This document shows positions 18,330 through 48,620 of a DNA stretch of 64,000 nt, piece by piece. The stretch is taken from NCBI RefSeq assembly GCF_009914755.1, contig NC_060946.1. The stretch is one strand, 5' to 3'. Numbering within the stretch: the first letter of the stretch is position 1; each line of letters opens with the position of its first letter. The notes under the pieces are model-generated. The model did no database searches and had not been told where the DNA came from. It was given only the letters and a program-made list of their open reading frames with translations. The DNA is from the human T2T-CHM13v2.0 reference genome, Homo sapiens. Both the position numbers and the translations under genes were made by a program.

Positions 18330-19164
18330 CTAATAATAAATGGAAAAATAGGTCATTGTGTTGTAATCACAGGGGATCCCTTCACTCAACTTCCTTGTAT
18401 GTAAAAACAAAAATCTGCCAGTGGAAATTCCACACTGCTCTGTCATAGACAAAAAGTCCTCTACCAAGGCAACTGCTTCTATCTTCAACAATAACCATAA
18501 GTATAGGGGAATCTAGGTCCTCCAGGTGGCTTCACACTTAGGGTCTTACTTCTCCCCCAGCATGCTGCAGTAAGAATTCGGCCTCTCAAGCAGTCTTGTA
18601 GTAGTGAAGTTCTGCTATCATTATATTCTAATTCAAAATACTCAAATTCACAGATGAAGGCTAGAAATGGTTTGTTCACAACTACCCCTTGAAAGACAAG
18701 AAAAATTCTTTCAAGGACAAGCAACTTGAAAGTCTTTATCTACTCAGGAACAGATCCAGTCTCTGAACAATTTATCCAAATGAAATAAACCCAAGAAAAA
18801 GCCATATGCCGAAATGCTATATTCTAAAAGAGTGGAGAAAGTCCAGGGTAGGACTATCGCTAGATAAAACAGGGAACAACCACTTGATGTATTGTACAGT
18901 TGCATATTTGACAACCAGGTAGCAAGAGTGGAAAATGCTAAGTTACAGAAATGTGAAACTGTATCTAAGCTGTTGGGTGAGAGGTACGTATGCACACAAA
19001 GTGGGAGGCGTGAAGAAGTGCCGATGCAGCAAGAGTGTGTTTTTTGTTTACTTCCTTTACTGTTATGCCATTGGTGCAAAAATTTTAAACTAAAAACTCC
19101 TAACATAACACTAATAGACTGCAATATCACTAGTGAAATGCTTTTATGACTTATTTTCCTCTCA

Positions 19165-19446
<282 letters not shown>

Positions 19447-19690
19447 CTAGAAGAGTGCTCCACCATCCCTCTGCCATGTTCCCTTCCGATGCTGGAGTGG
19501 TAGCCACATTCTCAGGCGAGTGTTGAGCACACCTGTGATGGTGGCCCTCACAGTGAAAGGAGGCAAAGCAGCCGAAAGCCAAATGGTAACAAAACAGAAC
19601 AGCATAGGAGTCTATGTAGTTATTAAAGTCACACAGATAAGTGTGATGCGTTCTGCGCTACAGCAAAATGACCTATGTGGATGGAACTGA

Positions 19691-20056
<366 letters not shown>

Positions 20057-20360
20057 TAACTATCTTTTTCAACTATGGTTGAGAAAAGTTACTTAAATAC
20101 CATAGTATCTGCTTTTTCAACCCTCCCCAGTTAGGGTGTGCATGGTATAAAGATGATGTGCATCAGAACTGCTGTTCTATACGCAGGAAGGAGCTGCTCT
20201 CCTCCTGGAATCAATCCTGTGTTAGGAATGGTGCTGTCTGAAGAGAGGAAGTGTCAATATGAAGGAGGAGACATGGGTTTAAGTTTAATAACAGGAACTA
20301 TTAATAGCTACACCCAGCTGCTTTCCTAGAGAAGGGGGAAAGTTTAAACGCCAGTCCCTA

Positions 20361-20576
<216 letters not shown>

Positions 20577-20691
20577 CTATAAGAAGACAGAGAGCAAGAG
20601 GTTGGAAAGTAAGGAGGAGAAGCCATGCGGGTAAAAAGAGCTCACAAATGATAAAGAGGATTCTTGTTTGTTTGTTTGTTTTTTGAGATAG

Positions 20692-20826
<135 letters not shown>

Positions 20827-22769
20827 TAGCTATACAAGGATTCTTCAGTTTCTCAGGCCGAGAGATTACTGGTGGGAGCAATGCTTTCCTGAGACATGGA
20901 TTCTAAGTTGTACTTGATTGAGAATTAGTTTTAAAGACAATATTTTGTCCAACCACTCTCAAATAAAGGTCCAATAAACTCAGGCTACTCCATTTATCTT
21001 TCAGGTAGAGCGATCCTTTCACAGTTTATCGAACCCCTTTAAGCAAGCTGTGAGTTCATAAGAGAAGGGGAAAGTTCTGGACAAAGACCTCAAACGCCAA
21101 GATGATGTTCCAGCATGCCTTCTACCACCACTTATTAACCTTTGAGTTTTGCCAAATGCTATTAACTTTTACAGAAAAATATTTAACACACAAGAAAACC
21201 TGAAGGGGCTGGGGAGAAAAAACAGATGCATTTGCCCAACCAGATTATTAAACATATATATTAAAACAGACAGTAATTTTTGAAGTATGATTTTACCACT
21301 GGAAGAGACAGAGAGAGAAAATAATTAAGAGCCCTGAAAGAGAATGAATCATATATGAGAATTTATTAAGAATGAGTGTGTGGTGGCTAATGACTATAGT
21401 CCCAGCTACTTGGGAAGCCAAGGCAGGAGGATCACTTGAGCCCAGGAGTTTGAGTCAAACCTGGGCAACGTAGCAAGACTCCAACTCTAGAAAAATAAAT
21501 AATTAGTAGGTAACATATTAGTGGAAAATAGGCACTTTAATCAATATATAACATATATTATTAATATAGTTAGCTAGCTATCTGGAGATGGAGGTAAGAG
21601 TAAAGAACTGAATTTCTATCTTACTCTTTAGATCAAAGTAAATTCCAGATGGGTCAAAGATTTTAAATAAAAAACAAGGACAATTAGGATAGGAATGAAA
21701 GAAAATATAGGTAAATGTTGTGATCATCTTCAGGTGCAGAATTAGTCTCAAAACATGATACCACTGCCACACAAAAATGCAGCACTTCCATAAGGTGCCA
21801 CATATCACAAATTACGACTGGGAAAAATATTCAAAATACATCAGACACTTAGTACTCTACAAGTACAAAAAGCTCTTACGAATAAGGTAAAAATCCTGGA
21901 GTTGGGCACAGTGACACACACCTGTAACCCCAGCTGCTTGGGAGGCTGAGGCAGGAAGATCGCTCGAGGCCAGGAGTTCAAGACTGGCCTAGGCAACATA
22001 GCAAGACCCCATCTCTACTTTTTAAAAAAAGATCCCAATAGAAAAAAAATGCAAAGATTAGGAAAAGGCAATTAACCGGATACATATGAGTGGCTGATAC
22101 ATCAATTCTGCCTTGATGGTAACCAAGGGAAAGACATCACAACATGGGATGCTGTCCAGCTACCACCGGCAGCATCAGTAGGAATGTGAACTGGCCAGCA
22201 TGGTCAGGAGAGTCTGTGATGAGAGTGTGCCCCTGACCCAGCAGTTTAATTTCTAGGAATTTATCCTCGGACTTTTAGACTAACATACAAAGATGTATGG
22301 AGCACAATGTTCCTTATAGTGTTTCTTGTAAATGTAAATACCAATCAACAGGGGATTGTTTAAATGAGTTGTAGCAAATCCACAGAACAGATGACACAGA
22401 CAATAAAATACATACATTATGTTACTGGAACAGAATGATCTACAACATAGCTAGAGGAGTTTATACAGCAGCAAGGCTAGTGCAGAGCCATTTTCATAAG
22501 AGTCCATCTGTATAAATCTGCACAAATGTATGCATGTTAAGTTACTTCCAAAGGGGTAGCCAAATTATCAGCAGTGCTAGGATTTCAGGTGATATTTAAT
22601 CCTGCTGTTACATTTATTGATATTATTAGAAATGTACAGATAACATATATTTTATGAGAACAAAAGAGTAAAAAGGAGAGTAGATTATATAATCTTACAT
22701 ATATAATGTGATGCCAATTTTGTTCAGAAAAGGTATAGATCTAAATTTTTTATAAAACAAATTGTAAGA

Positions 22770-23096
22770 TTTTTTATTTTTATTCTTATTTATTTATTTA
22801 TTTATTTTTTGGAAATGAAGTCTTGCTCCAGGCTGCGGTGCAGTGGCATGCAGTGGTGTGATCTTGCCTCACTGCACTCTCTGCCTCCTGGGTTCTAGAA
22901 ATTCTCCTGCCTCAGCATCCCATGTAGCTGGGACTACAGGTGCACACCGCCATGCCCAGTTAATTTTTTATATTTTAGTAGAGACGGGGTTTCACCATGT
23001 TGCCCAGGCTGGCGTCGAACTCCTGAGCTCAGGCAATCTGCCCGCCTCGGCCTCCCAAAGTGCTAAGATGACAGGTGTGAGCCAACGCGCCCGGCC
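22770..23096 (-). mobile_element. Alu
   Basis: Alu consensus. Confidence 0.9.
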
Positions 23097-23145
23097 AAGA
23101 TTTCTTATATATTTTACATCCAACTGGTTTATCTACAGAGGAATG

Positions 23146-23472
23146 TTTTCTGACTCTGTGCCTTTGACACTTCCACAACAATATTCTGCTCCTCAATAAG
23201 GAAAGCACACTTGATCCTGTCACGAACACACTTAGCACACACGGAACCACCACAGGCCCTGCTGACATGTGTTTCTGTTTTAGGGAACCTCACAAGAACT
23301 TCAGGTCTCATAGCACGAACTCCTCGAAGTCTGGCTAGGCACATGCCACATGCAGGTTCAGGTGTTTTCCCAACCTTCTTGATGTAAAGGTGAATAATTC
23401 TCCCACCAGGGGCTTGGGACTACCTAGTTTCACTAGAGGCTGCGTGTCAAAGGCTGGGCCATTCTGAATGCC
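23146..23472 (-). pseudogene. Processed RPL34 pseudogene
   Basis: ATG at 23462 (ATGGCCCAGCCTTTGAC) with a ~25-nt deletion soon after; ORF 23129..23344 [15 protein letters not shown]...[18 protein letters not shown] matches eL34; intronless. Confidence 0.93.
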
Positions 23473-23551
23473 AGCTCAAAGGACTGTCCCTGGGAGCTCT
23501 AGGCTCCCTCAATGGCAGCCAATTGTAAAGGAAATAAGTGTTTTATTCTTT

Positions 23552-23665
23552 TTTTTATTATTATAAGTTCTGGGTTACATGTGCAGAACGTGCAGTTTTG
23601 TTACACAGGTATACACGTGCCCTGGTGGTTTGTTGCACCCATTAACCCGTCACCTACATTAGGTA
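23552..23665 (-). mobile_element. Highly 5'-truncated L1PA 3' end
   Basis: L1PA terminal sequence; TSD ttttattcttt at 23541-51 and 23666-76. Confidence 0.85.
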
Positions 23666-23945
23666 TTTTATTCTTTAAATATTCTCATACCACAGTGAAC
23701 ATCTAATCTTTTATAATAAGAAGGAAAGAGCTGAGGACTTTGATGTGTGACTTGGCAACGTCTTCCTGCTGCCCTAACTCACCCTCATGCCGGGCATTCC
23801 TTTCTACGAACAGGGCTTTCCCAGCTCACACGCCAAAGCCTTAGGCCTCTAAATGGGTTTGAAAGCATCACAGTGGCAGGAGACAGCAGAAGCAGACTAA
23901 AAATGGCAGCCTCCTGTATCTTGGGAGGTGCTAGAGTAGATTTTA

Positions 23946-24095
<150 letters not shown>

Positions 24096-24574
24096 CTAGA
24101 AGAGAGATTTTAGGTCAATCAAGGGGACCGCCTGTGGTGGTGGGCAAGTGCTAGTCAAGGCACAGAGGCAAGTGGAGCCTCAGCTCCACACACTGGATGA
24201 TTAACGCTAAAAGTCACATTCAACCAAAGCAGAACAACCCCCTTGTCGGAGTGCCTGTGATTATCCAATAACCTGCTGCCCACCACCAAGCATGGCACAA
24301 AGGGCCAATGCCAGGCAGCCTGGAGCCTCAGTTCCAGCACAGTGGCAGAGTCACTTCCCCTCCCCGGGCCTGGATGCCGATGAAACAAAGGGCTCCAGTC
24401 AGAATCTGCTGTCCCTTCCAACTCTGCTCTCTGCCTTTCTGGGTATGGCCCAGACTCATACAAGCCTGTTAGTGCAAGATCTCATCACTGGAGGCGAAAC
24501 TCACGAGACATCCTCACCATGGCACAGGCCTGAGGTTTTCAAGGTTGTGCTGGGCGGGGGTAAGAATCTGATGA

Positions 24575-24967
<393 letters not shown>

Positions 24968-26577
24968 CCACCATAACTTTCATCTAAAGAAAAAATATTA
25001 TAACTAACACAAGTCCACAACAAAATCCAAAATGAAGGGTAAGAGACACAAAACAAGGGCGGGAGGCTGGGCTTAGAGGACACAGACAAGGGTGTCTGTG
25101 GAGGGGCAGTCTGGGTTTGCGGTCTGGGTTTGGCCGGGCAGAGAGAGGAGGGAAACACCAAAGGGGCTCAGATAAGGAGGGGAGCAGCACTGAGAGCCGG
25201 GCCAATGGGGGAGGCTGAGCGGCAAGCATGTGGGTGCTCCTGTGGGGACAGAAGTCTGTGGATGGGGAATAGAAAAGTCTTGCACTGGGAGCTTTAAGGC
25301 AGATAAAAGGTAGTTTAGGAAAATTATCTGGCTAGGCCTATTGGTAAGAAGGCGTGAAGCAGGTCTGAGGACCTAATAAATGGCTATTCTGTAACCCAAA
25401 TGTGAGGTGAGAAAGGCTTAGTGTACCACAAAAGGGTAAGTCAGATGTGGGACTTGTTAAAGGTCAGACAGTGACGAGAGAATAGAATGGGGCTTGACTG
25501 CTATGGGTTCTTGCTCGGGAGCTGAGAAGGGTGACACTGCCAGCAGGAGCAGAGGCACAGAAAGGACACCAGGCTCTCAGGGCAGCAGCAGGAGGAGGTT
25601 GGCAGAAAAGAACTGTGTCCAGGCAAGCTCCGCCCCACATGTGGAGACAGCTGGCCAGTCCCAAAAGGACAGGTGAGTCCTGAAAGGAAGGTGCATGCCT
25701 GGGCACAGGCGGGGCGGGCACCCTCCCAGGACCCCACACCCACCCTGCAGCCGGGAGGACCGAGTCTGCCACAAGACACAGGGCCGCTCCAGGACAGGTA
25801 CTGTCAGGAAACCGCATTTCCCAGGCTCTCTGGGTCACAGAAGACCTCCTGGTCCATCTCCAGCTCGGCTGGAGGGGCATGCCCACCAGAAAGCTAGGTG
25901 TAGAGAGAACCCCCAGCCCTTTCTCTTCTTGGGGCTGCCGTCTGTGTACAGAGCCCCGCTCTGGGAAGTGCTCTTCTCCACAGGGCACTCTGTGAGGCAG
26001 GCTCTGCTCCTCAGAGGGAGGCCTGTCGCTGCCCTGCTGCATCTGTAAAGGAGAGGTGTGCCTCACTCTGAGGGAATATGGGAGCAAGCTCTTTGAGCCA
26101 CATAACTAAAGTCAGTGTCCTTCATCAGCAACAAGGCTGACACGTGACCCGAGTCCTTTTCCTTCTGGCTCTCAAATGAGGAGGGCATGAAGTATGTTAC
26201 TCAACAGGAGGCCAAAGTATTCAGTGTATTTCAGATGAGGAAGTTTGTAAAGCCACATTCTAATTGAGAACTCCTCTGCCTTGGGGAATATTTCGGGGCT
26301 AACGAACAACCCAAAATTATGGTTTGAGAAAGTGTTTTTCACAAGACGACTGTCTTGAAGCAGCTCTCCAAGTGGCTGAGACCACAATGGCGGAACCCAA
26401 GGTCTCCCTGACATCACAAGCTCTTCTGTCTCCTCACCTCTGCCCATGGCAGCCCTGCCGAGCAGCCGCTGGCCATGTCCCTGAGCCTAATAAAACCCAC
26501 TGGCTCCTGGGCACAGTCTCAATCTCTCTGGAGCCTCCCTGAGGCGCCTCCCAACCACCTGGGAAGAACCATGCTAA

Positions 26578-27299
<722 letters not shown>

Positions 27300-27481
27300 T
27301 GAGGATTTTTTAGGGGAATGGGGCCACTTAATCATGTGCATCACGGTGCACAGTTCTCAACACCACCATGAACCTTTCCTCACACAGACATCTGCAGGCC
27401 ATGCCCAGCCACACACACGCACACCCCTAACACCAGCTCATGACACTTTTCTCAGGGAGAAGACAGTAGAGTGGATCTTAC

Positions 27482-27643
27482 CTTGCCTCCTGTGGGATTA
27501 CGTACAGCAAAGCAGAAAAGGGTGGCAGGCTTGGCATTCCCCTCCATCTTGAACTCTGCAAAAGCCGCAGCATGGCCTTCTATGGGTTGTGAAACCTTCC
27601 TATCCACAGAGTAGAGCTGCATTGCTCCAACCACACGGTTTTG
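27482..27643 (-). CDS. CLTCL1: CLTCL1 exon 4 (162 nt; QNRVVGAMQ...NPTGGK)
   Basis: cttag|CAAAAC...GGCAAG|gtaaga; ORF 27452..27634. Confidence 0.97.
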
Positions 27644-28056
27644 CTAAGAAAAGATATTATGCAATGAAAGGGAGAGAAAAGAGAGGAATATAAAGAAACA
27701 ATTCTTAAAATATATTTCTAAAATGAAAGTCTCATACATTAGAGGTATACTTCCTCTAGTAAAAATTAAATGTATTAGCTATTAAAGGCATGATATCACT
27801 CTGAATTTTATGTGGAAAGATGGCAAACACTATGGAAAAAAATAAGACCACAAAAAAGTAAGATGGACAAACCTAATTTGTTAAATATAGTAAGTGTGAG
27901 AGCATTTTTTCATGGAAAGTAACTCGTGCACTTTGGAGGAAAAACTCTAAAGCATTAATAGTAGTTAAATCGGGGGATGCAATCACAGGTAATTTTGAAA
28001 ATTGTGTTTTCTGAAATTTCTAAGTAGCAAAAATTGTATTTAATAAAAACCAATAA

Positions 28057-28703
<647 letters not shown>

Positions 28704-29770
28704 CAGAACTTATATTTTCTACTAAAGAATTTCAGTACATTTATATCCAATGTCAAATGCTCAAAAAGCTAAGTGAATGGAATACAAAAGGGTCCCAGTT
28801 CAAGCTCCTGTAATTAAACATTCAATCCTCTCTGCTGAGTGAGCTCACATATAGTCGTGGGTAAAATCCTCAGTCTATTCCTCACTCACTCACAACTCCT
28901 TAAAATGGGATAACAAAGGCTTCAACTTTGTCTTTAAAAATATTTTCTATTGCACAGATTTCTGTTAACGTTATTAAGCAAAGTACTGACACATGCTACC
29001 ACATGGATGAACCTTGAAAACATGCTAAGGAAAGAAGCCAGGCATGAAAGGCTGCATATTGTCTGATTCCACCTATGAAATATCCAGAAAAGGAAAATTT
29101 ATTGAGACAGAAAATAGATTAGTGGTTGCCAAAGGCTGGTAATAGGGAGAAATAAGGAGTAAACCAGCAGATAAGTGGTCTGTGTTTTAACAGAAAAATG
29201 AGCATGGAAAGGTAAAAATGAGAATCCAAAGACAGGACAAAACTCACCCTCCCCAAGAGACTGTGGGAAGACTTCCAGCAACATGATGATAGCACATTTG
29301 AGTCCTAAAGGTACAGATACCTAAACGAAGCCTAAACTGCAGCCAAGACGAAGAGGCAGAGAAGACAGAACAGCCAAGGTGAAGGTGAGAGACCAGACCT
29401 TAGGCTACGTGTGTGGCCTTGGGCCGATGTCCTGCTTCTAAGTCTTAGGCACCTGCCAGGCTTACCTTCCCACCTCATGGGGCTGCTGAGTGTTAAGTGT
29501 GTCAAATTTTGGTAAAGGCATGTTAAGGACTGTAGCAGGCAAGGATTCAATGAGCAAATGCATTCATTGTGCCAGGCACCATGCTAGGGGCCAGGGATAA
29601 GTAAAATATGACACAGGTCCTTCTCTCAAGAACAGATGGTAAGAGTTTCCGGCAAGTACACAAGCAACTGCAATACAGAGTGCTGATTGCTACAGCATGG
29701 GAGAGAACAAGATGCCTTATCAGCTCACCAAGATCAGTAAGTCAGGGAGGCTTCCCAAAGTGACACCTAA

Positions 29771-30136
<366 letters not shown>

Positions 30137-30204
30137 TGATCTGTCCACCTTGGCTTCCCAAAGTGCTGGGATTACAGGCGTAAGCCACCACACCTGGCTT
30201 CCCC

Positions 30205-33757
<3,553 letters not shown>

Positions 33758-33795
33758 GGATACAACACTTTGATTAGACTGGAGGAATAAGTTCA

Positions 33796-36650
<2,855 letters not shown>

Positions 36651-37440
36651 TGAGTAAGCCAAAGTCTTAGGTCTTGTCTCCCCTGTATATCTGCAATGCC
36701 ACTGCCTTCATCTAGTCACACATGCTTCATATCTTCTGGGGGTTGCAGAAATGGAACAGAGCGTTCCAGAAATGGAAGTACTCCTTCCCTGTTTGCGTAT
36801 TCTTAACCTTTCTCATACATGTCTCTATTCCAGAACAGACTACATGGTTTTGTTCCTGTATCTGCCTTTCAACTAGTCTCCTGGCCTCCAGTCTTCATGG
36901 TGGTCCATCTTCAACATCAATGATAGCATTTTTTCAATTCCACTATGCTGCTAAGAAGGAAAATTAATTACATCACTCTCACTCAAAACCTGCTACATAA
37001 TTCCCATTGCCTGCAGTCTGGCCCCCAATCATCTCTCTAAGTCTTGCCCCTCTAGCTACCTAATATGCTTACCTATAGGTATCATCCACGGTGGGTGACC
37101 CCAGACTCCCAGAAAGAGCCATTCTCCTCCATTCTGTGCCTTTGCATACACTGTGTCCTTCCAAAGTGCACTTTAATAGCTAGCAAAATGCATCTTAGAT
37201 CCCCTGTGTTGCAGGCTGTCTTGACTTAAGCTGCTCTCTCATGGCTCCCACAGTATTCTCTTCAAACATGTGACAGTTCCTTAATTACTAGAATTGTGCA
37301 GATACACCTTCCCCACTAGGCTATAGACAAATCATTCACTGGTCATCAGGATTGAATGACGAAGATCTATGTCCCAAGTGCAAACATCCTGTAGTCCTCA
37401 AGTATCTGGTGACTGAATTAGCCACCAGGAATGAAAAAAG

Positions 37441-37784
<344 letters not shown>

Positions 37785-37834
37785 TTAGTAACATTCCAGT
37801 AAGTCCTTAAAATACAGTCTAAGAACTACTTCTT

Positions 37835-38180
37835 TTTTTTCCCATAAAATTAAATGCTTTTTAGTGTTTCAAATAAGCAGCATTTACACAGAAGCAGCTC
37901 TATGTTAACCATCTAGATGCTGGGACTTTGATACAATACCTACAGTGCAGACACACGGGGGCCAGAGATGCCAGGAAGGCCGCGTTGTGTGTGGGCCGTG
38001 GTGTGTGCGGGCAGTGTGTGCAATTACCAAGGACAGGCCAGCTGACCGCCCATTTCCCCAAGACCTCCCTCCCTGCGGCAGCTGTGCACATCGGGGCCCT
38101 TTGACCCCATGGGCCACGGTCCCTCCCTGCCCTGGCTGGGACGCAGTGGGCAGGATGTCTAGCCCTCTCTCGTCTTCCCG
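37835..38180 (-). pseudogene. DVL1P1: 5'-truncated retrocopy containing only the DVL1 3'UTR end (DVL1P1 / 'DVL-22')
   Basis: Minus strand ends ...GTGTAAATGCTGCTTATTTGAAACACTAAAAAGCATTTAATTTTATGGG+A8, as I recall the DVL1 mRNA 3' end; 14-bp TSD aagaactacttctt (37821-34) / aaggactacttctt (38181-94); GC-rich island in AT-rich intron. Confidence 0.85.
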
Positions 38181-38631
38181 AAGGACTACTTCTTATAAAA
38201 CTATGGGTTCCAAATTACTCTATAAAATTCCTCAACAACCTCTCAAAACAGTGCTAGAAATAGTTTATACAATGAACATCAGTAACCTGAAGGAATGCAG
38301 TAGTAGTTAATAGGCCAAAGGTAAATTAAGATTATTTGATCCAAGTTCAGATTTCTTTGTAATCTCTATTTCTCTCAGTTCCAGGCCTACTTTTGCCTTA
38401 TACCTATAACCAACTTTTTTTTTTTTTGAGACAGGGTCTTGCTCTGTTGCCCAGGCTGGAGTGCAGTGGCGCAATCTTGGCTCACTGCAACCTCAAACCC
38501 CTGACCTCAAGAGATCCTCCCGCCTCGGCCTCCCAAAGTGCTGGGATTACAGGCATGAGCCACCGCACCTGGCCCTATAACCAACTTCTAATGATTTAAC
38601 CACTCCATTCTAATATTGGGCTTTGAAGTTA

Positions 38632-38958
<327 letters not shown>

Positions 38959-39384
38959 TTAGAGAAAGACAAATTAAAAATCTGAAAGACAAATTCATAT
39001 ACTCTTAATTCTGAATTCTTTTAATATTACTTTAGGTTGTACTGCTAATCTGATTAACAGGGTCTGAAAGATGCTGCCAGAGTAGTAATTAAGCATACCT
39101 TAATGTCTAAATATTGAGAAGAGCCTGTATGCATTAAATTCTTCTTCAGAGGAATGTAAAAGTATGTAACTATTCATAGAAATATGTGAATAACAATGAG
39201 AAATTAGTTCTACTGAAGCAAGCCTCTCTTTTAGATTGGTTTCTTCTAGTTTTAAAATACTTTTCTGGATAACTCAGCAAAAACATAAGACACCCCTTCT
39301 CTGTGTGGTCTCCAATTTTCAAGAAAGACTACAACTATCCCTTCACATTAAACCAACTTCTCCAAATTTGTCTTAAATTCTAGA

Positions 39385-39597
39385 CCAATGCTGACAAATG
39401 GAATTTTCTACAATGTTGGATATATTCTATATTTGTATCCATCACAGCAGATAATAGCTATATGTGGCTACTAAGCACTTAAGATGTATCTAGCAAGATA
39501 TTTCAGGAACTGAATTTATACTTTTATTTAACTTTAATTAATTTAAATGTTAAACAGCCCCATGTAGCTAATGTCCAATAGGGCAGTACAATTCTAG
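39385..39597. mobile_element. MER3-like hAT MITE remnant
   Basis: tatgtggctactaagcacttaagatgt ... catgtagctaat motif. Confidence 0.6.
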
Positions 39598-39985
39598 ACA
39601 AAATATTTGGCATCCATTCTCTGGCAAGAGATCCATATTGTTTCTACATGTAGCAATGAACTAAATTTTGATTTTGGAATTATACAAAATTTAGACCTAA
39701 CATAAAATATTAAAATATTGCTTCCCACAAAGATTGGGAACAAGGCAAGGATTATTTCTCTGACCACTTGTTTTGATACTGAGAATAACATAGCTGGTGT
39801 GATAAGGCAAGAAAAATAAAAGGCATAAAGATCAAAAAAGGAAGTAAAGCTGTCTTAACTCACAGACAACATAATTATTTACAAAGAAAATCCTGCAGAA
39901 TCTACAAATCTACAAAACAACTATTAGAATTAATAGATGACTACAGGAGTGCAGCAAGATGCAAAGACAACCTACAAAAATTTCA

Positions 39986-40699
<714 letters not shown>

Positions 40700-40885
40700 C
40701 TACACTATAAAATATTCCTGAAAGAAAGTAAAGGCTTAAATAAAAGAAGGGGCATACCATGTTCATGGATCAGAACACTTAAAATTGCCAAGATGTCATT
40801 TCCCCATAAATTACGTACAGGTTCAATGCAATCCCAATCAAAATCCCAGAATCCTTTTCCTTCTTTCTTTCTTTCTTTTTTATAG

Positions 40886-41304
<419 letters not shown>

Positions 41305-42185
41305 TGAGTCGCCTGCCTCAGCCTCCCAAAGTGCTGGGATTATAGGCGCGAGCCACCATGCCCAGTCTAATTTTTAATTTTTTTTTTTTTTTAGAGACTA
41401 GGTCTTGCTATGCTGCCCAGGCTGGTCTCAAACTCCTGGCCTCATGCAATCCTTCCATCTCAGCCTGTCGAAGTGCTGGGATAACAGGTGTGAGCCACCA
41501 CCCTGGCCCAGCATCTTTTGTTTGCTTGGTGGAAAATAAAATGATGCTATAATGAATATGGAAATGCAGAGGACAAAGAATAGACATAACAAATTTGGAA
41601 AAGAGCAAAGCTGGAAGACTTACAATACCTAATGTTGAGATGTACTATAAAGCTATTAATAAAACCTATGTTATTGTCATAAGACACATAGATCAATGAA
41701 ACAGAAGAAAGTCTAGAAACAGCTGCATGCACTGATTTGATAAAAGTGCCTCAAAAAACTCAATAGGCCCAAACACATTTTTTATAAAAATAGAAAAATC
41801 CATTCTAAAATGTATATGGAACCTCAAAGGACCTCAAATAGCCAAAATAATCTTGATAAAGATGAACAAGGTTGGATGATCTCACACTTCCTGAATTTAA
41901 ACCTCATTACAAAGTTAAAGTAAGCAAATGTATGGTAACAGCATAGAAACACAGACACCAGTGGAATATAAGAGAGAACTCAAAAATGAACCTTCACATA
42001 TATGATCAAATGATCTTTGACAAGGGTACTAAGACCATTCAATGAGAAAAAAGAATACTCTTTTCAACAAATAATACTGGGAAAACTGGGTCCACAAAAT
42101 AATAAAATTGGACCCTTACCTTATACCATATACAAAAAGTAACTCAAAATGGATTAAAGACCTAAACATAAAAACTAAAATCACA

Positions 42186-43589
42186 GGCAGAACCTGAGTC
42201 CTGTTCTCTCACTTTCCTCCCCAGACAGCATGAGTTTCACCACTCACTCCACTACCTTCTCTACTAACTACCAGTCCCTGGGATCCGTCCAGCCGCCCAG
42301 CTACAGTACCCGGTTGATCAGCAGTCCAGCCGGCATCTATGCAGATGTAAGGGATTTGGGCTCCCAGATCTCTGTGTCCTGCTCCACCAGTTTCCAGGGT
42401 GGCTTGGGGTCCAGGGCCCTGGCCACTGGGATGGCCAGGGGTCTGGCAGGAATAGGGGGCATCTAGAATGAGAAGGAGACCATGCAAAGCCTGAACGACC
42501 ACCTGGCCTCCTACCTGGACAGAGTGAGGAGCCTGGAGACTGAGAATTAGAGGCTGGAGAGCAAAAACCGGGAGCACCTGGAGAAGAAGAGACCCCAGGT
42601 CAGAGACTGGGCCATTACTTCAAGACCACTGAGAAGCTGATGGCTCAGATCTTTGCAAATTCTGTGGACAATGCCTTCATCGTTCTGCACACTGACAATG
42701 CCCATCTTGCTGCTGCTGACTTTAGAGTCAAGTATGAGACAGAGCTGGCCATGCACCAGTTTGTGAGGAGCGACATCCATGGGCTCTGCAAGGTCACTGA
42801 TGACACCAGTGTCACTGGGCTGTAGATGAAGACAAAGATTGAGACTCTCAAGGAGAAGCTGTTCTTCATGAAGAACCATGAAGAGGGAGTAAAAGGCCTA
42901 CAAGCCCGTATTACTAGCTTTGGGTTGACTGTGGAGGCAGATGTCCAAATATCAGGACCTTGGCAAGATCATGGCAGATATCTGGGCCCAATATGACAAG
43001 CTGACTCAGAAGAACCTAGAGAAGCTGGACAGGTACTGATCCCAGCAGATTGAGGAGAGCACCACAGTGGTCATCACGCAGTCCACCGAGATCAGAGCTG
43101 CTGAGATAACACTCACAGAGCTGAGATGTCCAGTCCAGTCCTTGGAGATTGGCCTGGACTTGATGAGAAATCTGAAGATCAGCTTGGAGAACAGCCTAAG
43201 GGAGGTGGAGGCCTGCTATACCACGCAGATGGAGCAGCTCAACAGGGTCCTACTGTACCTGGAGTCGGAGCTGGCACAGACCTGGGCAGAGGGACAGCGC
43301 CAGGCCCAGGAGTACGAGGCCTGGAACATCCAGGTCAATCTGGAGGCTGAGATCACCACCTACCACCGCCTGCTGGAAGATGGGGAGGACTTCAATCTTG
43401 GTGAGGCCCTAGACAGCAGCAACTCCATGCAAACCATCCAAAAGACCACCACCTGCAGGATAGTGGACGGCAAAGTGGTGTTTGAGACCAACGACACCAA
43501 AGTTCTGAGGAATTGAGCCAGCAGAAGCAGGGTACCCTTTGGGGAGCAGGAGGCCAGTAAAAAGTTCACAGGTTAAAAAAAACCCCAAC
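42186..43589 (+). pseudogene. Full-length processed keratin 18 pseudogene (probably KRT18P62; number from recall)
   Basis: 5'UTR, then ATG at 42230 (MSFTTHSTTFSTNYQSLGSVQ), intronless through ...ETNDTKVLRN* at 43516. Premature TAG at 42464, further stops and frameshifts. AATAAA decayed to AGTAAA; A-tail; degenerate TSD aactaaaatcaca (42173-85) / aattaaaatcata (43590-602). Confidence 0.95.
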
Positions 43590-43692
43590 AATTAAAATCA
43601 TAAAATGTTTAGAGAAAACATAGGGGAAAAGCTTGATGACATTGGATCTTGCAATGATTTTTTTGGATATGACAATAAAAGAAAAAAAATGA

Positions 43693-48620
<4,928 letters not shown>

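Noticed and set aside
25464-26087. 207-aa minus-strand ORF (longest in the track) and overlapping ORFs
   Set aside because: No recognisable protein, P/S/L-rich GC-biased composition, and several overlapping frames open; typical of chance ORFs in GC-rich intron.
43067-43516. 149-aa KRT18 C-terminal ORF as a possible functional retrogene
   Set aside because: Starts at GTG, upstream frame has stops and frameshifts, poly(A) signal is mutated, and no promoter is evident.
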